From contig OZ218953.1 of NCBI GenBank assembly GCA_965112735.1, positions 2,728,001 to 2,792,000 of the forward strand: a stretch of 64,000 bases of DNA, written 5' to 3'. The stretch is from Phaeosaccion multiseriatum (lineage: Eukaryota > Protista > Ochrophyta, other classes). Of this stretch, positions 48,901 to 61,584 are shown piece by piece (positions within the stretch are counted from its first letter, which is position 1; each line of letters begins with the position of its first letter). Below the pieces are notes generated by a model. The model had not been told where the DNA came from and ran no database searches. It saw nothing but the letters and a program-made list of their open reading frames with translations. A program made the translations under genes and the position numbers.

Positions 48901-51629
48901 CTGCTGCTGTAGTGGTGGTGCTCGTGGTGCTCGTTGCGCCTCGTGTGTCCCTCTATGGGTGCGAATCAAGGCTGGATGCACCCTCATCTCCTTGTCACCG
49001 TCCTCGTACTTCAAGTCGTACGATCCGTCGTCGTGGGCGTGGGCAACGACGCCCCTGTACCAGTGCCCACTTCCCCTGTAGTTTCCCTCCACCTGCATCC
49101 CACACGTGAATACCCTGCCATCCTCCTCCTGCTCTCCCCCCGCCCCAGTAGCACCAAGGCTCTGCCCACTATCAACAAGCCGAATGCGAGAGTGCCCCAC
49201 CTGTCGCTCCTTGTCGCCATCGTCATAGTGAATGTCAAACGTTCCGTTGAGCCACACACGAGAAATCTTGCCTTTGTACCAGCGCCCCTTGCCCCTCCAG
49301 TTCCCCTTCACCGCAACACCCAATCGCAGTACGACGCCGCCCGACGGTGCTGTTGTTGAGCCATCATCGCCCTTGCATCCCCCTGCTCTTCCTTCTTCTT
49401 CTGCGACGATTCGAAGCATGGCCTTGCTTACCCTGCCCTCCTCCTCGCCATCGTCGTAGGCAATGGCAAAGGTGCCGTCCGCTTGGTTCACAGAGGCGAT
49501 TCGACCTCCATACCATACGCGCCCCCCTCGATATCTGCACTCCACTTTCACTCCCGGTCGTAGCCGTGCATCCCCACTCCCCACACCCGCCCCCCCTGCT
49601 GCCGGTCTCTCCGCAACGACGGCTTGGTAGTCGGCTGTAGCTCTGATCTTGTCGGGTGCTAACTGTCGCTCCTTCTCGCCATCGTCATAGTCAATGTCGC
49701 ATGTGCCGTCCCCATGAATGCGAGCAATGCGACCCGGGTAGTAACGGCCCTTGCCTCGGTAACTCGCCTCGACCTTCATACCCACCTCCAAGCTTGCTCC
49801 GGTACCTCCCCTGAGGGCTCTGACCTTGTCGAGCGCTAAGTTTTGCTCCTTCTCGCCATCGTCATAGTCAATGTCGCATGTGCCGTCCCCATGAATGCGA
49901 GCAATGCGACCAGGGTAGTAACGGCCCTTGCCTCGGTACCTCGCCTCGACCTCCATACCCAGCCCCAACTCCTGAGTAGGGGACTGTGCAGAAGCAGAAG
50001 CAGCAACAGCAGAAGCAGCAGCACCACCAGCAGCAGCAGCACCACCAGCAGCAGCAGCACCACCAGCAGCAGCAGCACCAGCAGCAGCAGCACCAGCAGC
50101 AGCAACAGGGGCAAGTGTGCCGTCCTGATCAACCGACTCCCTGTGTCCATCGCCCTCGGGACCGCTGTCGCTGCCACCGATGCCGGGGCCTCCGACGAGG
50201 CTCTGATGCTGCAACATGGCCGCGCTGTGCCTCGCCAACGCAGCACGCACTTCAGAGTCGCTGCCAGCTGCTGGCGTATCACCAACTGCTCGGGATGATG
50301 GCTGCCATGCTGCTGCTCCCACTAGGAGGAGGGCATGCTCCATGATCTGATCTCGCACCTTCCTCGCGACGGCGTCGCATTGCCTGGCGAGGAGAGCGAG
50401 GCCCGCAGCTTGTTGGGCTTGCTGAGATTCGTCAGCAGTGGGGGTGGAGGAGGTGAAGGAGAGGGTGACGGGCGGCGCCGTATCGAGGCGGTTGCTGTTG
50501 CTGTTGCTTTTTCTGTTGCTGTTGCCGTTGCTGCATGCCATGAGGCAGTCTGGCGACGGGAGAGCCTTCATTCCCGCGTCGATCGTCTCGAGGCACCACT
50601 CCGCCAGCCCCCCCCCTAACCCTCCTCCTCTTTCCTTTACGACGGCGGCTAAGACATACGCCTCGGAGACGAGATCGAGGCTCACATCCACCGAGTCTCG
50701 CTGGCCAGGCAGGGGCGGACCTCGCGGTCCCCGTTGCTGCTGGTGTATCACCAACTGCTGCTGCTGCGCCAGAGCCAAGTTCAGGCCTCTGTCCTGAGCA
50801 GAAGAGTTGCCTCTTTGGGCGATAACGGACAACACCTGAGAGAGAGAGACAGAGACAGAGTCAGTCGCCATAGTCAGCACACTTACAAACCCTTCATGAA
50901 GCATACATTGCAGATAGGCAGGGAAGACAGAAGCGGAGGCGCGGCCTATACACAGCCGAGGGGCTGGGTGATTGATGAAGGCAGACCATCACGGGTATAT
51001 GGGCCTTTTGTGGCCTCTTGCTCGCTGGCGTGTCGGGGGCCGTGCTGGGGAGCGGAGCGAGGACACGACACAAAGCCTCACAGGCAGCAGTGCCGATGGC
51101 AGGGCAACGAAACACGGAGGGAGGCAAGGAGGGAGGAAAGGGACGGCGCATACCGCTCTCCCTCTCCCCTCTCACCTCCCCCCCTGTGCCGATGCTCTCC
51201 TTCCCTTCCGAGGGTCTCCTCTCCTCCCGTCCCTCACCTGCTGCACGAGAGAGCCCTTCATCTGCTTGCAGACCTTGCTCCAGGCCTTTCCCAGCCGGCC
51301 ACATTCACCAGCAGCAGCAGCAGCAGCAGTAGCAGCAGCAGATGATGAGACAGCGGCCGCAGTAGCGCCAACGAATGTCCCTGCGACTTCCGCCAACAGC
51401 GCCCCCACTTCATCCGCTGCAATCTCCTCCAGCGACTGCTGCCCCTCACTCGAAGCCCCCGCTCCTGCTCCTTCTTCTCCTTCTCGTGCTCCTGCTCCTT
51501 GTCCTTGTCCTTGTCCTCCTGCTCCTCCTCGTCCTCCTCCTGCTCCTCCTCCTCCTCCTCCTCCTCCTCCCCCTCCTCCTCCTCCTCCTCCTCCTCCTCC
51601 TCCTCCTCCTTCTCCTCCTCCTCCTCCTC

Positions 51630-51667
<38 letters not shown>

Positions 51668-52457
51668 TCCCTCCCTTCGACGGCCTCCCACAGTGTCTGT
51701 GCCGTGTCCCTGACCGCCCTCTCCAGCGCCGCACTAAGCCCCACGTGGCGCTGCATGCTCTCGCTCTCGCTTTCGCTCTCTTCCCTCTTCCTATCTGACT
51801 GCTCCCGCACGCCAAGATCGACCAGTTGAAGCCGCTTAAGCCTAGCCTTCTCATCTTCCACCTCAGGCCCTTCCTTCTCATCGTCATACACCTTGCTCTG
51901 CCTGGCAGGGGTACGACAACGACGACGACAGAAACCTCCATCGCCATGGAGCGGCGGAAAGGACGACACATGCCACGCTGTTTTGGCCTGGAGGTCGGCT
52001 CTGCCCTGGGCTAGAGAGAGGCGTGCGAAAGAGCAGTGCGAGTACAGAGCAGCAGCGGCTTGCTCGACAGCAGCGGCCTCCTCCTCCTCCTCCTCCTCCT
52101 CCTCCTCCTCCTCCTCCTCCTCCTCCTCTCTGTCCAACGGGGGTAGCATAAATCCTCCTCCTCCTCCTCTGCGCAGATAGACGAGAAGCTCCGTCACCTC
52201 CCGAACAAGAGCGGTATGCGCGGCTCTGTGGGCACTAACGCACCCCTGCCTACACACGAGCGCCGCTGCAAGAGCGTGCCCCAAGTCACTGATGCAGCAC
52301 TTTGCATGGGCCTCCAGGGCCTCCTGAGTAGCCACAGCAACCACAGCAGACTCGTCCTCATACCCATACGCGCCCCTCTTGGCCTTCTTCTTATTGCAGC
52401 TCCGGGGCTTGGAAATGGTCCTGCTCATGGTTTGGGGTCGCCCGGCCTCCTCCTCTC

Positions 52458-52503
<46 letters not shown>

Positions 52504-54049
52504 ACTCTCTTTCTCACTCTCCCTCCTTCTCCGCTTCTCCTCTATCCGGCGGCGGAGCTTGCGCTTCCTTCTCACCTGTCAGGGGGACAACAACATAGAG
52601 AATCACATTACATCACATCACATTACATCACATTACATCACATTGCATCACATTACATCACATTGCATCACATTACATCACATTACATCACATTACATCA
52701 CATAGCAATAGCAATTGGATTGAGTCGAGAAGCGAAGACACGAAGAGAAAGAGAGAGAGAGAGATAGGGCAGCAGGTAAGCTTAATACCACTCTTTCCCC
52801 CCTCTCCTCGTCCTCCTGGAGGAACAGCCACCCACAAGCCCATGTCCTATGCCCCCCCCCTTCCCCTCCATCTCTCCACAATGCCTCTCTCTTCTTCCTG
52901 TCCTCACCCCCTCATCCCCTACCTACCCCCTCCCTAGCTCGAGGTTCTCCCCTCTCCTCTCCTCTCCTCTCCTCTCCCCTCCTCTCCTCTCCCCTCCTCT
53001 CCTCTCCCCTCCTCTCCTCCCCTCTCCTCTCCCCTCCTCTCCTCTCCTCTCCACTCCTCTCCTCTCCCCTCCTCTCCTCTCTCCTCTCCTCTCCTCTCCT
53101 CTCCTCTCCTCTCCTCTCCTCTCCTCTCCTCTCCTCTCCTCTCCTCTCCTCTCCTCTCCTCTCCTCTCCTCTCCTCTCCTCTCCTCTCCTCTCCTCTCCT
53201 CTCCTCTCCTCTCCTCTCCCCTCCTCTCCTCCCCTCTCCTCTCTCTCCTCCGTCTCTCCCCGCCCCCCCCTCTTCTCCCTCTCCTCCTTCACCCCATCCT
53301 CACCTCCGCCATCATGGCCAGTCCCCTCCTTCTTGCGACGAAGCCTCGCCACTTCGTCTGCACCCGCAGCACCGCTTGCAGCACAGTCCACTCGTCCAAA
53401 GCCTTCTCCTGTCGCTCTTGCAGCCGCAGCACACCTCCACCCTCCTCCCCCCCCTTCCCTCTCTCCTGCTGCTGCTGCTGCTGTATCACCAACTGCTGCT
53501 CTTGCCTTTCCTCGGCCTCTCTCTGAAGTCGCCGCTCTCTCCTCTGAGCCGTGGCCGCTGCTATCCTCCTTGCCTGCCTCCCCCTCCTTAACTCATGCGC
53601 CACACGGCGCCGCACCACGTGCGCTCTCCACCGACTCTGCGCCATGACGACGGCCCGCACCACTCTCCAATCGTCGTCGTCGTCGCCAACAACAACACCA
53701 GCATGCTCTCTACCTCTGGCACTGCGACCGCACCCCCTCCCCTCCTCCTCCTCCTCCTCCTCCTCCTCCCGCTGCTGTACCACCACCAACTGCTGCTGCT
53801 GCTGCTGCTGCTGCGCGCCCCCCTGGGTAGAGGTCGAGCTCCGCCGCCGTCGGACGCCCCACCCGCGGGCCTGTGCCTGAAGCCTCTGAGCCGCGATATG
53901 CCGCACCTCCCTGTCCACCTTGAGGCATGCCACGCGCTGTCGAGACACGAAGCCGCGCCCCACACGGGACAATGTGCCCGCTGCTGCTGCTTCTGTCCGT
54001 GTCATCGCTTCGGACTCTTCCTCAGCACCTGTGTGATACCTCTCCCTCC

Positions 54050-54081
<32 letters not shown>

Positions 54082-54819
54082 TTCGTGCTAACCCTTACTG
54101 TCGCCCCTCTCCCCATAGCGCCCTTGTCGGGAACCATACGCGGAGTGGTGCTGTGGGAGGGGTCCCGGTGTTGCGGGGCGTGGTGGCTGGGGTGTTGGTA
54201 GAGGGACTGATGGTCGTAACCGTCGTTGCCATGGTGGCGGAAACCCTCATGTGGTTCACCCTCGCCACCTTCGGAGTCCTCCCTGCCCTCCCCAAATGGG
54301 CGCTCTCCTTCTTCTCCTCCTCCGACGAGGGCAAGTAAGGCCTTGGGCGTTGTGAGGGCTGAGATCGTTGACATTCGCCCTCCTCCTCCTCCTCCTCCTC
54401 CTCCTCCTCCTCCTCCTCCTCCTCCTCCTCCTCCTCCTCCTCCTCCTGCTCCTCCTCCTCCTCCTCCTCCTCCTCCTCCTCCTCCTCCTCCTCCTCCTCC
54501 TCCTTGCTGTCCCCATGCGGCGAGCTCCTGCGGTTCACCCTCCTCGTCGTCTTCACTACCGAAGTCCCTCCCGTTTCGCAAAGGGCTCCTGGCTCCTCCT
54601 CCTCCCGCTCCCTTCCTCTTGCCCCTCTTTGCCCTCTCTACCCTCCCCTCCTGCAGCAGCTGCTGCTGGTGACTGGGGTGGTAGGCGTGTAACAGCCAGG
54701 ACGTGGCGAGGGCGATGTGTTCTCCCGTATCTCCTTCGTCTTGGACTTCGGGCTCCGTGAGGCATGACACTGCCGACATTCTTGCCGCTCCTCCACCTCC
54801 CTGCCGTCTCCTCACGTCG

Positions 54820-54864
<45 letters not shown>

Positions 54865-57156
54865 ATCACCAACTGCTGGTGGTAGTGGTGGTGGTGATGG
54901 GGGCGTTGGTGGCGGGCCACAGCTACGGCCGTGTGCAAAGGCTGGTCCTCCTCCTCCTCCTCCTCCTCCTCCTCCTCCTCCTCCTCCTCCTCCTCCTCCT
55001 CCTCCTCCTCCTCCTCCTCGTCGTCGTCATCGTCTTGCTTGTCGTCGACAAGCAAAACCGCTCGACCCTCGTTGGTCCTACTGCTACCACCGCTGCCGCC
55101 GCTGCTGCCTGCAGAAGGAGAAGCCCAATCACCCTCGTCGTCTCGCCACCCCCCCTCCGCGCTCTCTCCCCGCCTTCCTCTCGGGCTGCTGAGTGTTGTC
55201 TCAGTCGATCTCGCTCGTCGTGAGGCAGGACAGGTGCTCCACTGCTGACTGCCGTAGGCGCTGCTTTCGTTCTTTCTGCCGCTGATGCTGCTACTACTCC
55301 TACTACTTCTGCTGCTACTGTTGTTGTGATTGTGGTTGTGGTAGTAGTAGTTGTTGTTGTTGTTGTTGTTGTTGTTGTTGGAGGAGGAGGAGGAGAGGGA
55401 TGACGACAAGGCGCTGGTAGCAGCAGCAGCAGCAACACCTCCTGCATGATCCTCATTCGGTGCCCCATCCTCACCCACCGAGTACACACTCCCGTCGTCT
55501 GCAACCACTGAGAAGCTGAGGAGGGGCTCCGAATCGCCGTGGTCGTAGGGGAGGCCGTGGTCGTGACTTTGGCCTTTACTACCTTGGGTGTGTTGGCCTT
55601 GGAAGTTCTCATACTCTCCGCGTCCGAGAGGGGCCTGCGATGGGAGTGCAAAGAGTGGCTGTGGTGTCGCCGCCCTCATCTCATTCATGTCTGTGTCTTG
55701 GCGTTCGTCTCGCGCCAGGTGGGCGATGTGGTGCTTCGCCTGTGCACTGCCGCCCCGGCTGCGCCCCCTTTCTCCTCCCAAACCTCCTTTGATGCCCCTC
55801 CTTGCACTGAGAGCGGCCTGAAGGGAGTGTACCAACAGCAGCAGTTTTCCGTCTCTTCAGTTTTCGGTTCATGTGACCTTATGAAGTATCGAACATCATA
55901 AACGGATATATAAATGGGATCGACAAGAGCAGAGAAGCTACCCCAATAAGCCTATAAGATACATATATATAAGGTTCAACCACACAACATTGGACAGCAT
56001 GAAGTAGCTGTTTGTTTACTCCGTCCCCCTCCCCCCTTACTGCCTCACCACTACCTTTGCTACCTACTTACCTCTGTGGAGGTTGAGGAGGTCCCCATAC
56101 TCTTGGCCGCCTTAGTGACCAGCCGTAAGAGCTTCTTCCTGCCTGCGGAGAAGCTGCTGTTGCTTCGAGGGGAGGAGTACGGTCGCTTGCGCTGCCGCTT
56201 GAACACCGACAGGCTCTTGGCGTACCACTGACGGACGGACGGCGGGCGGGGGACGGCAATGTATGTATGGGGAAAGAGCGGAGGGGGTTAGCAGCGAGAG
56301 GAGCCAGCAGAAGCGAGGCGGATGGTCGTTGCTTTGTTTCTCGACTGCTCTGTAGGAAAAGATACACACAGGCACACCTAGGAGAGCAAGGATGCGAAAA
56401 GAGGGTTCTCGGAGAAAGCGATGGAGGACGGTATGTAATTCCCATCAGTCCCTCTTGGCATCCTCTTCATTCCATCCTCGTCATTCCTCGCTCAGCCACT
56501 AAGTTACACCCTCTCGTTGCTCACCTGTTGGCTCAAGTCGCCGTTTCCGGAGGCTTTCAAAGCCTCCGCCAAGTACAGATACGCCACCGCCAATGTGGTC
56601 GACAGCTGAGCGGTCCCGAGCACGGAGGAGGAGGAGGAGCGGGAGGAGGAGGAGGAGGAGGAGGAGGAGGAGGAGGAGGAGGAGGAGGAGGAGGAGGAGG
56701 AGGAGGAGGAGGAGGAGGAGGAGGAGGAGGAGGAGGAGGAGGAGGAGGAGGAGGAGGAGGAGGAGGAGGAGGAGGAGGAGGAGGAGGAGGAGGAGGAGGA
56801 GGAGGAGGAGGAGGAGGAGGAGGAGGAGGAGGAGGAGGAGGAGGAGGAGGAGGAGGAGGAGGAGGAGGAGGAGGAGGAGGAGGAGGAGGAGGAGGAGGAG
56901 GAGGAGGAGGAGGAGGAGGAGGAGGAGGAGGAGGAGGAGGAGGAGGAGGAGGAGGAGGAGGAGGAGGAGGAGGAGGAGGAGGAGGAGGAGGAGGAGGAGG
57001 AGGAGGAGGAGGAGGAGGAGGAGGAGGAGGAGGAGGAGGAGGAGGAGGAGGAGGAGGAGGAGGAGGAGGAGGAGGAGGAGGAGGAGGAGGAGGAGGAGGA
57101 GGAGGAGGAGGAGGAGGAGGAGGAGGAGGAGGAGGAGGAGGAGGAGGAGGAGGAGG

Positions 57157-57192
<36 letters not shown>

Positions 57193-59230
57193 AGGAGGAG
57201 GAGGAGGAGGACGAGCAGGGCAGCAGATTAGAGGGGAGAGAGGAAGAGGGGCGAGAGCATTCCTTTGCCTCGCGCGCACACACACACAACCCCCCCCCCC
57301 CCCACACACACACTAACCTCGACGGATATGTCACTTTGGTTGCTGTTGCCCCTCTCGGCAACGGAGGAGGTGGGGTGTGTGGGCACAGAGAGCATAATGT
57401 CCTTCTGCAAGCCCTGCACCGAGAGTTGCGCGTGATGAAGAGCCTCCGCGTCTCTGAGGAGAAGGAAGACAAGAGCGAGTGGGGCACAAGAGAGGGAGGG
57501 GAGGGGAGAGGGGAGGGGACGGGAGAGGGGAGGGGAGGGGAGAGGGGAGGGGAGAGGGGCGGGCGGGCGGGCGGGCGGGCGGTGTTTGCTGTTAGAGCTC
57601 GTCTGCTGGGGATGTTCACCAGATGGTGGTGGTGGTGGTGTGTGTATTTGTGTGTGTTAGGGGAAGAGAAGGGGGTGGGGGGGCAGAGAGTCCGAGAGAG
57701 AGGGAGATGGTGGCAAACGAGCACAAAGGTCTCCGAGTCTGTATGTCGCACAGCCGCCGAGATACAACTCGTCTCCTTGCCACAATGACGAATAGGCGCC
57801 ACGCGTCACGCACCTGTCTCGTTGGGCACAGAGAACGGACATGACGAGGTGGGCCATACCCTCGCTCCCGCTAACAGGAATGCTCCTGCCTCCTCCTCCT
57901 CCTGCTGCTGCTGCTCCTCCTGCCGCTGCTGCTGGGTCACTGGACTGGGCAGCGGCGATCGCTTTGAGGGCCTGACTCAAACACGACTGGGCCAAGCGCG
58001 CTTCTCCTTGTCTGAATGGGGGTGGGTGGTGGAGTGAAGAAGGAGTGTGAGAGAGAGAGAGGAAAGGGTTCTTCAGAGTAAAGGGTTCATCCACACGTCT
58101 GCTGCCCCACACCGGCTGCTGCCCGACCATCCGATGCTACTCAGCGGAGTGACGTGGTGACATACACGATTGATAATACGTGGCGGATCAAACCAGAGGC
58201 ACAACGTCAAGTCGCTAGCCGTCGTAAGTTTGACCGCACACTCAGCCACAGACACCCTTCCTCCCGAGCCTGCAGTTTGTACGAGTGCGTACCTCCTGGC
58301 CGAGTTGGCCTTGTTGTTGAGCGTGAGTGCTCGCAGAGAACAGATCAGGGCAAGCTCCCCGGCGGAACATCGCTGCTGCTGTACCACCAATTGCAGCTGT
58401 TGGTGCTGAGTGCCCACGAGAGAACAGTGTTCCTCCAGAAGGAAGGAGGCCCTGCAGCCGTAGGAGCAGGCAGGAGGCGAGACATGAGGACGGGTGTGGA
58501 CACATCGTCTAAACGAGGGGCTCAGCGGGCGAGGAAAAGAAAGGGAAAGCGCACGATCATACGGTCGCACGGGGCGGCGCTGCAAGTGTCCTCCTGTTGG
58601 CTTGCTTGGTTACCTGTCCAGCAGCGCGTCGGCAGCGGCAAAGTCCCCGAAGAGCAGCTGTGCAGACGCGAGCTTGTTACAGGCGAGAACTGTGTCCCGG
58701 AGTGCGAGGCGAACCGTAGGACACTGTGTGTGTGTGTGTGTGAAGGAGAGGTAGAGAGATACAGAGAGAAAAATAAGGACGCAGAGGGAAACGTTTTTGC
58801 CGTGCTTCATCCCATGCCACTCACCTCTGCCCCGAACATCCTGTTCTTCAAGGCGAGCGACTGTTCCATCACGAGAACAACCTGCACATACACGGGATTC
58901 GCGGCCTCTTTTCAGAACATGAGAACGACACCATGTGGGGCCCCGGAGAGCTGGAGGGGGGATGAGCACGAACGAACCTTTGGAGATGTGCCATTCCGCT
59001 CCAGCTCCACCAAGGCACGTTCCCCGAGCAGAGCCTCCAGTGCATTGAGCGCCTAAGGGTTGTAGAGAGGATCAGGGGGGAGGAATCAGGGATCACTCGT
59101 CTCTATGGAAGGGAAAGCTCGAGGTTGGAGAGCCTTGTGTGAGCCTCACCTCCTCCATCACCACCGTGCCAGCACCAGGAAGTGGACTTACCCCATCTTT
59201 CCCTCCGCTCATGCTCTGGACGCTCATGAC
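45988..59230 (-). CDS. Giant (>3000 aa) low-complexity protein: N-terminal TPRs, many IQ-like motifs, 5 Tudor/Agenet-like repeats; 5' end uncertain
   Basis: ORFs 53289-55835, 51172-52575 and 45988-50904 join in frame through GT-AG introns (53303-52576, 51237-50836). Upstream small exons encode TPR helices (LRALTLNNKANSARR-QGEARLAQSCLSQALKA, DAEALHHAQLSV, LAVAYLYLAEAL). IQ-like motifs include RLQAQARGW, RVQTKWRGF and LIQRIMRG. Confidence 0.7.
46471..46704. repeat. (CCCTGA)39 hexamer array, read as (GS)n in the minus-strand ORF
   Basis: Directly visible perfect array. Confidence 0.95.
48955..49965 (-). repeat. Five tandem Tudor-like domain repeats (VEARYRGKGRYYPGRI...DGTCDIDYDDGEKE)
   Basis: Visible in the translation; repeats 1 and 2 are nearly identical at the DNA level. 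Confidence 0.85.
52603..53245. repeat. Intronic pentamer arrays (ACATC/ACATT)n and (CTCCT)n
   Basis: Directly visible. Confidence 0.9.
56624..57210. repeat. Very long (GGA)n triplet array (~190 units) in an intron
   Basis: Directly visible; it produces spurious poly-G/P/R/S ORFs. Confidence 0.95.
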
Positions 59231-59657
59231 TCTTGTCTGCCTTTCTGTGAGGCTCAAGTGAGCAGCTCAGTCCATCTTCTCACGCTATCTACAGCCGTGG
59301 TTGGTGATCCACATGAACTTGAGGGCAAAATCAGAAAAATGAACGTTACATGGACGCGGAGGGAGCAGTTGTAATAAATGAAAGAATGGTGCAAAAGCTC
59401 TGAGCGCACGGCAAATGCATCGCTCGTCGAGTTGCCTACTCCCACGTGCTTCTATCGAGAAGGTGGTTGTTTTCCCTCACAACAAGTTCGACATGCTACT
59501 ATCCAATCCAATCACTGGCTTCGTGGCTGGCTGGTATCTGGTACGTTGGGAACAAGGTAGGGTCTAAAGACACCGAAACCGAAACTACGGCACCACCACC
59601 ACCACCAATCGCTGCACACAACTGCCCTGATCTCCGCTCTGCTTCCACACCCCTCCT

Positions 59658-60141
59658 CTACGCCTCCTTCTTCCTCTCCGGATTCCCCGCCTTGCCCCCT
59701 GTATCCGGCAGATCGTCCCATGCCTGGTTCATCTCCGAATTGAAGATGCGCCCGGGGATGCCTGACTGGCCCAGCACGTTGTTGCGAGGCGTGACGCTGA
59801 TGTCCCTTCTCTGGCCGGGGTCCGTAGCAGCCGCAACCTCGTCCTCGTCACTTTAAGAGGGGGGGGGTTAAGAGGCGGTTAAGAGGCAGAGTAGGCAAAA
59901 GTAGGGGAGCGGGGAGGGGGGAGGGGGGGAGAGGCGCACGAAGAACAACAGGGATAGTCAGGGACGGCTTGCACATTGAGAGGCGGAGAGGGAGAGGGGG
60001 AGGCAGAATCGACCTTGGCAGTAGTGAGCTTTCAGGGCTGGCGGAGGCGAGTGGGTGGAGTGGGAGGGGGGGGGGGGGGGTCGGTGCAACCAAGATGTGC
60101 GTGGTCTGGTCTGGCCAGCTTGAGAACGGAGTGAACGTGCC

Positions 60142-60183
<42 letters not shown>

Positions 60184-60184
60184 C

Positions 60185-60234
<50 letters not shown>

Positions 60235-61584
60235 AGTTTGTGACTGTTTCTCTCGTTTGTTCTCTTCTATCTCTCTCTTTCTTGCTGCGTGTGTGTACTT
60301 ACGGTGGGACGAGGAGCTCGTGGTCGAACTTTTCGTACATAATCTGCTCGTAGGGCTTGGCGCACTCCTCCATGTGCACCTGAGGAGAAAGGGAGGAGGC
60401 AGAGTAAGCCGTGAGCATCAACCAACCCAGCAAGACTGAATACAGATTACCAAGACGGTGAATGAATGCCAGCGGGAGGAAGAGTACATCGCCCAACACA
60501 CTCCACCACGCCGCAGTTCGAAAGGGTTTTATGCACGAGCACGGCCCACCAAAGCACGTCATCCAACACAAACGCTGGAGCGGACAGGACCTACCTGAGA
60601 GAGCAGCATTGTCTCCTCCGTCCTCGCCTGATTGAGCAGCAAGTCGTCCGATGTGACCTGTCGCTCGAATCGGGCCGGCACCCCACTCCACACCTCCAGT
60701 GCGGGTACCTTGGTCCCTCCGGGGAGCAGCGCACCGGAGGCAAGCATGCTGTTCTTGCCCACTGTGGCACCGTCCAGGACCGTTGCCCCTGCCCCCACCA
60801 CCGCCCCGTCCTCCAGAGTGCAAGCGTGGATGGTGGCTCGGGCCCCGATGGTGACTCCATCGGCGATGCGCGTGGGGGCGTCTCCGGCAATCTTGGCCAC
60901 ATGTACCACTGCACACTCCCCCACGCTGCTGCCCTTGCCCACCGTGATGTGGTTCACATCACCCCGGACGATGGCCCCGTACCACACTGATGCGCCTTCG
61001 CCTACTTTCACGTCGCCAATGACGCTGGCGGAAGGTGCCACGAAGACATTTGGTGGGAGCTGGGCTTGCTTCCCCTGATGCCCCAATACGCGTGTGCTCG
61101 GCTTCACTGTGGGATTCGAGAAAAGAAGAGACAAGCTAAGTGTGTGGGATTGGACGTGGGTCATACAGAAAATACCAGGGAAGAAACAAGCTAAGTGTGT
61201 GGGATTGGACGTGGGTCATGGAGAACAATGCCCTGCACCGCAAGAAGAGGGAGGGCATGGCAGCAAACAGAGAGCATAGGAGGACAGCCAAAGACGTGGA
61301 GAGAGAGGAGAAGGGACGAGGGAGAGAAGAGGCGGAGAGAGACAGGGCGTCGAGGGCGACTCCAGGGCAGGCAAAGAGCTATCAGCAGAGCAGCAAGAGC
61401 AAAGCGACAACACAGTGAGGCAAGGAGGAGCGCCTTTTTTTTCTCCCTCCCTCCATCACGAGCACTCACTGATGTCCTTGTAGGAAGTTACCCCCTCTAT
61501 TTTGCTCCCTAGTCCCTCAATAGCCTGGCCCGCAGCGCGACATGCCGAACCAACGCCCCTTACGCTGGCGAGGAAAGCCTGCAT
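59658..61584 (-). CDS. Gamma-carbonic anhydrase(-like) mitochondrial complex I subunit; exons 61470-61584, ~60595-61106, ~60303-60379, 59658-~59850
   Basis: N-terminal amphipathic GVGSACRAAGQAIEGLGSKIEG, hexapeptide LbH repeats FVAPSASVIGDVKVG..SVWYGAIVRGDVN..IHACTLED..WSGVPAR, and C-terminal HMEECAK. Confidence 0.9.
61122..61222. repeat. ~56-bp-period direct repeat in gamma-CA intron 1
   Basis: acaagctaagtgtgtgggattggacgtgggtcat occurs twice (~61131, ~61186). Confidence 0.9.

Noticed and set aside
56267-57802. Long poly-Gly/Pro/Arg/Ser ORFs
   Set aside because: They are artefacts of the stop-free (GGA)n intronic tract.
13069-58397. Recurring 18-bp word as a CRISPR repeat
   Set aside because: Copies are dispersed over 45 kb with no regular spacers and no cas genes, in a eukaryotic context.
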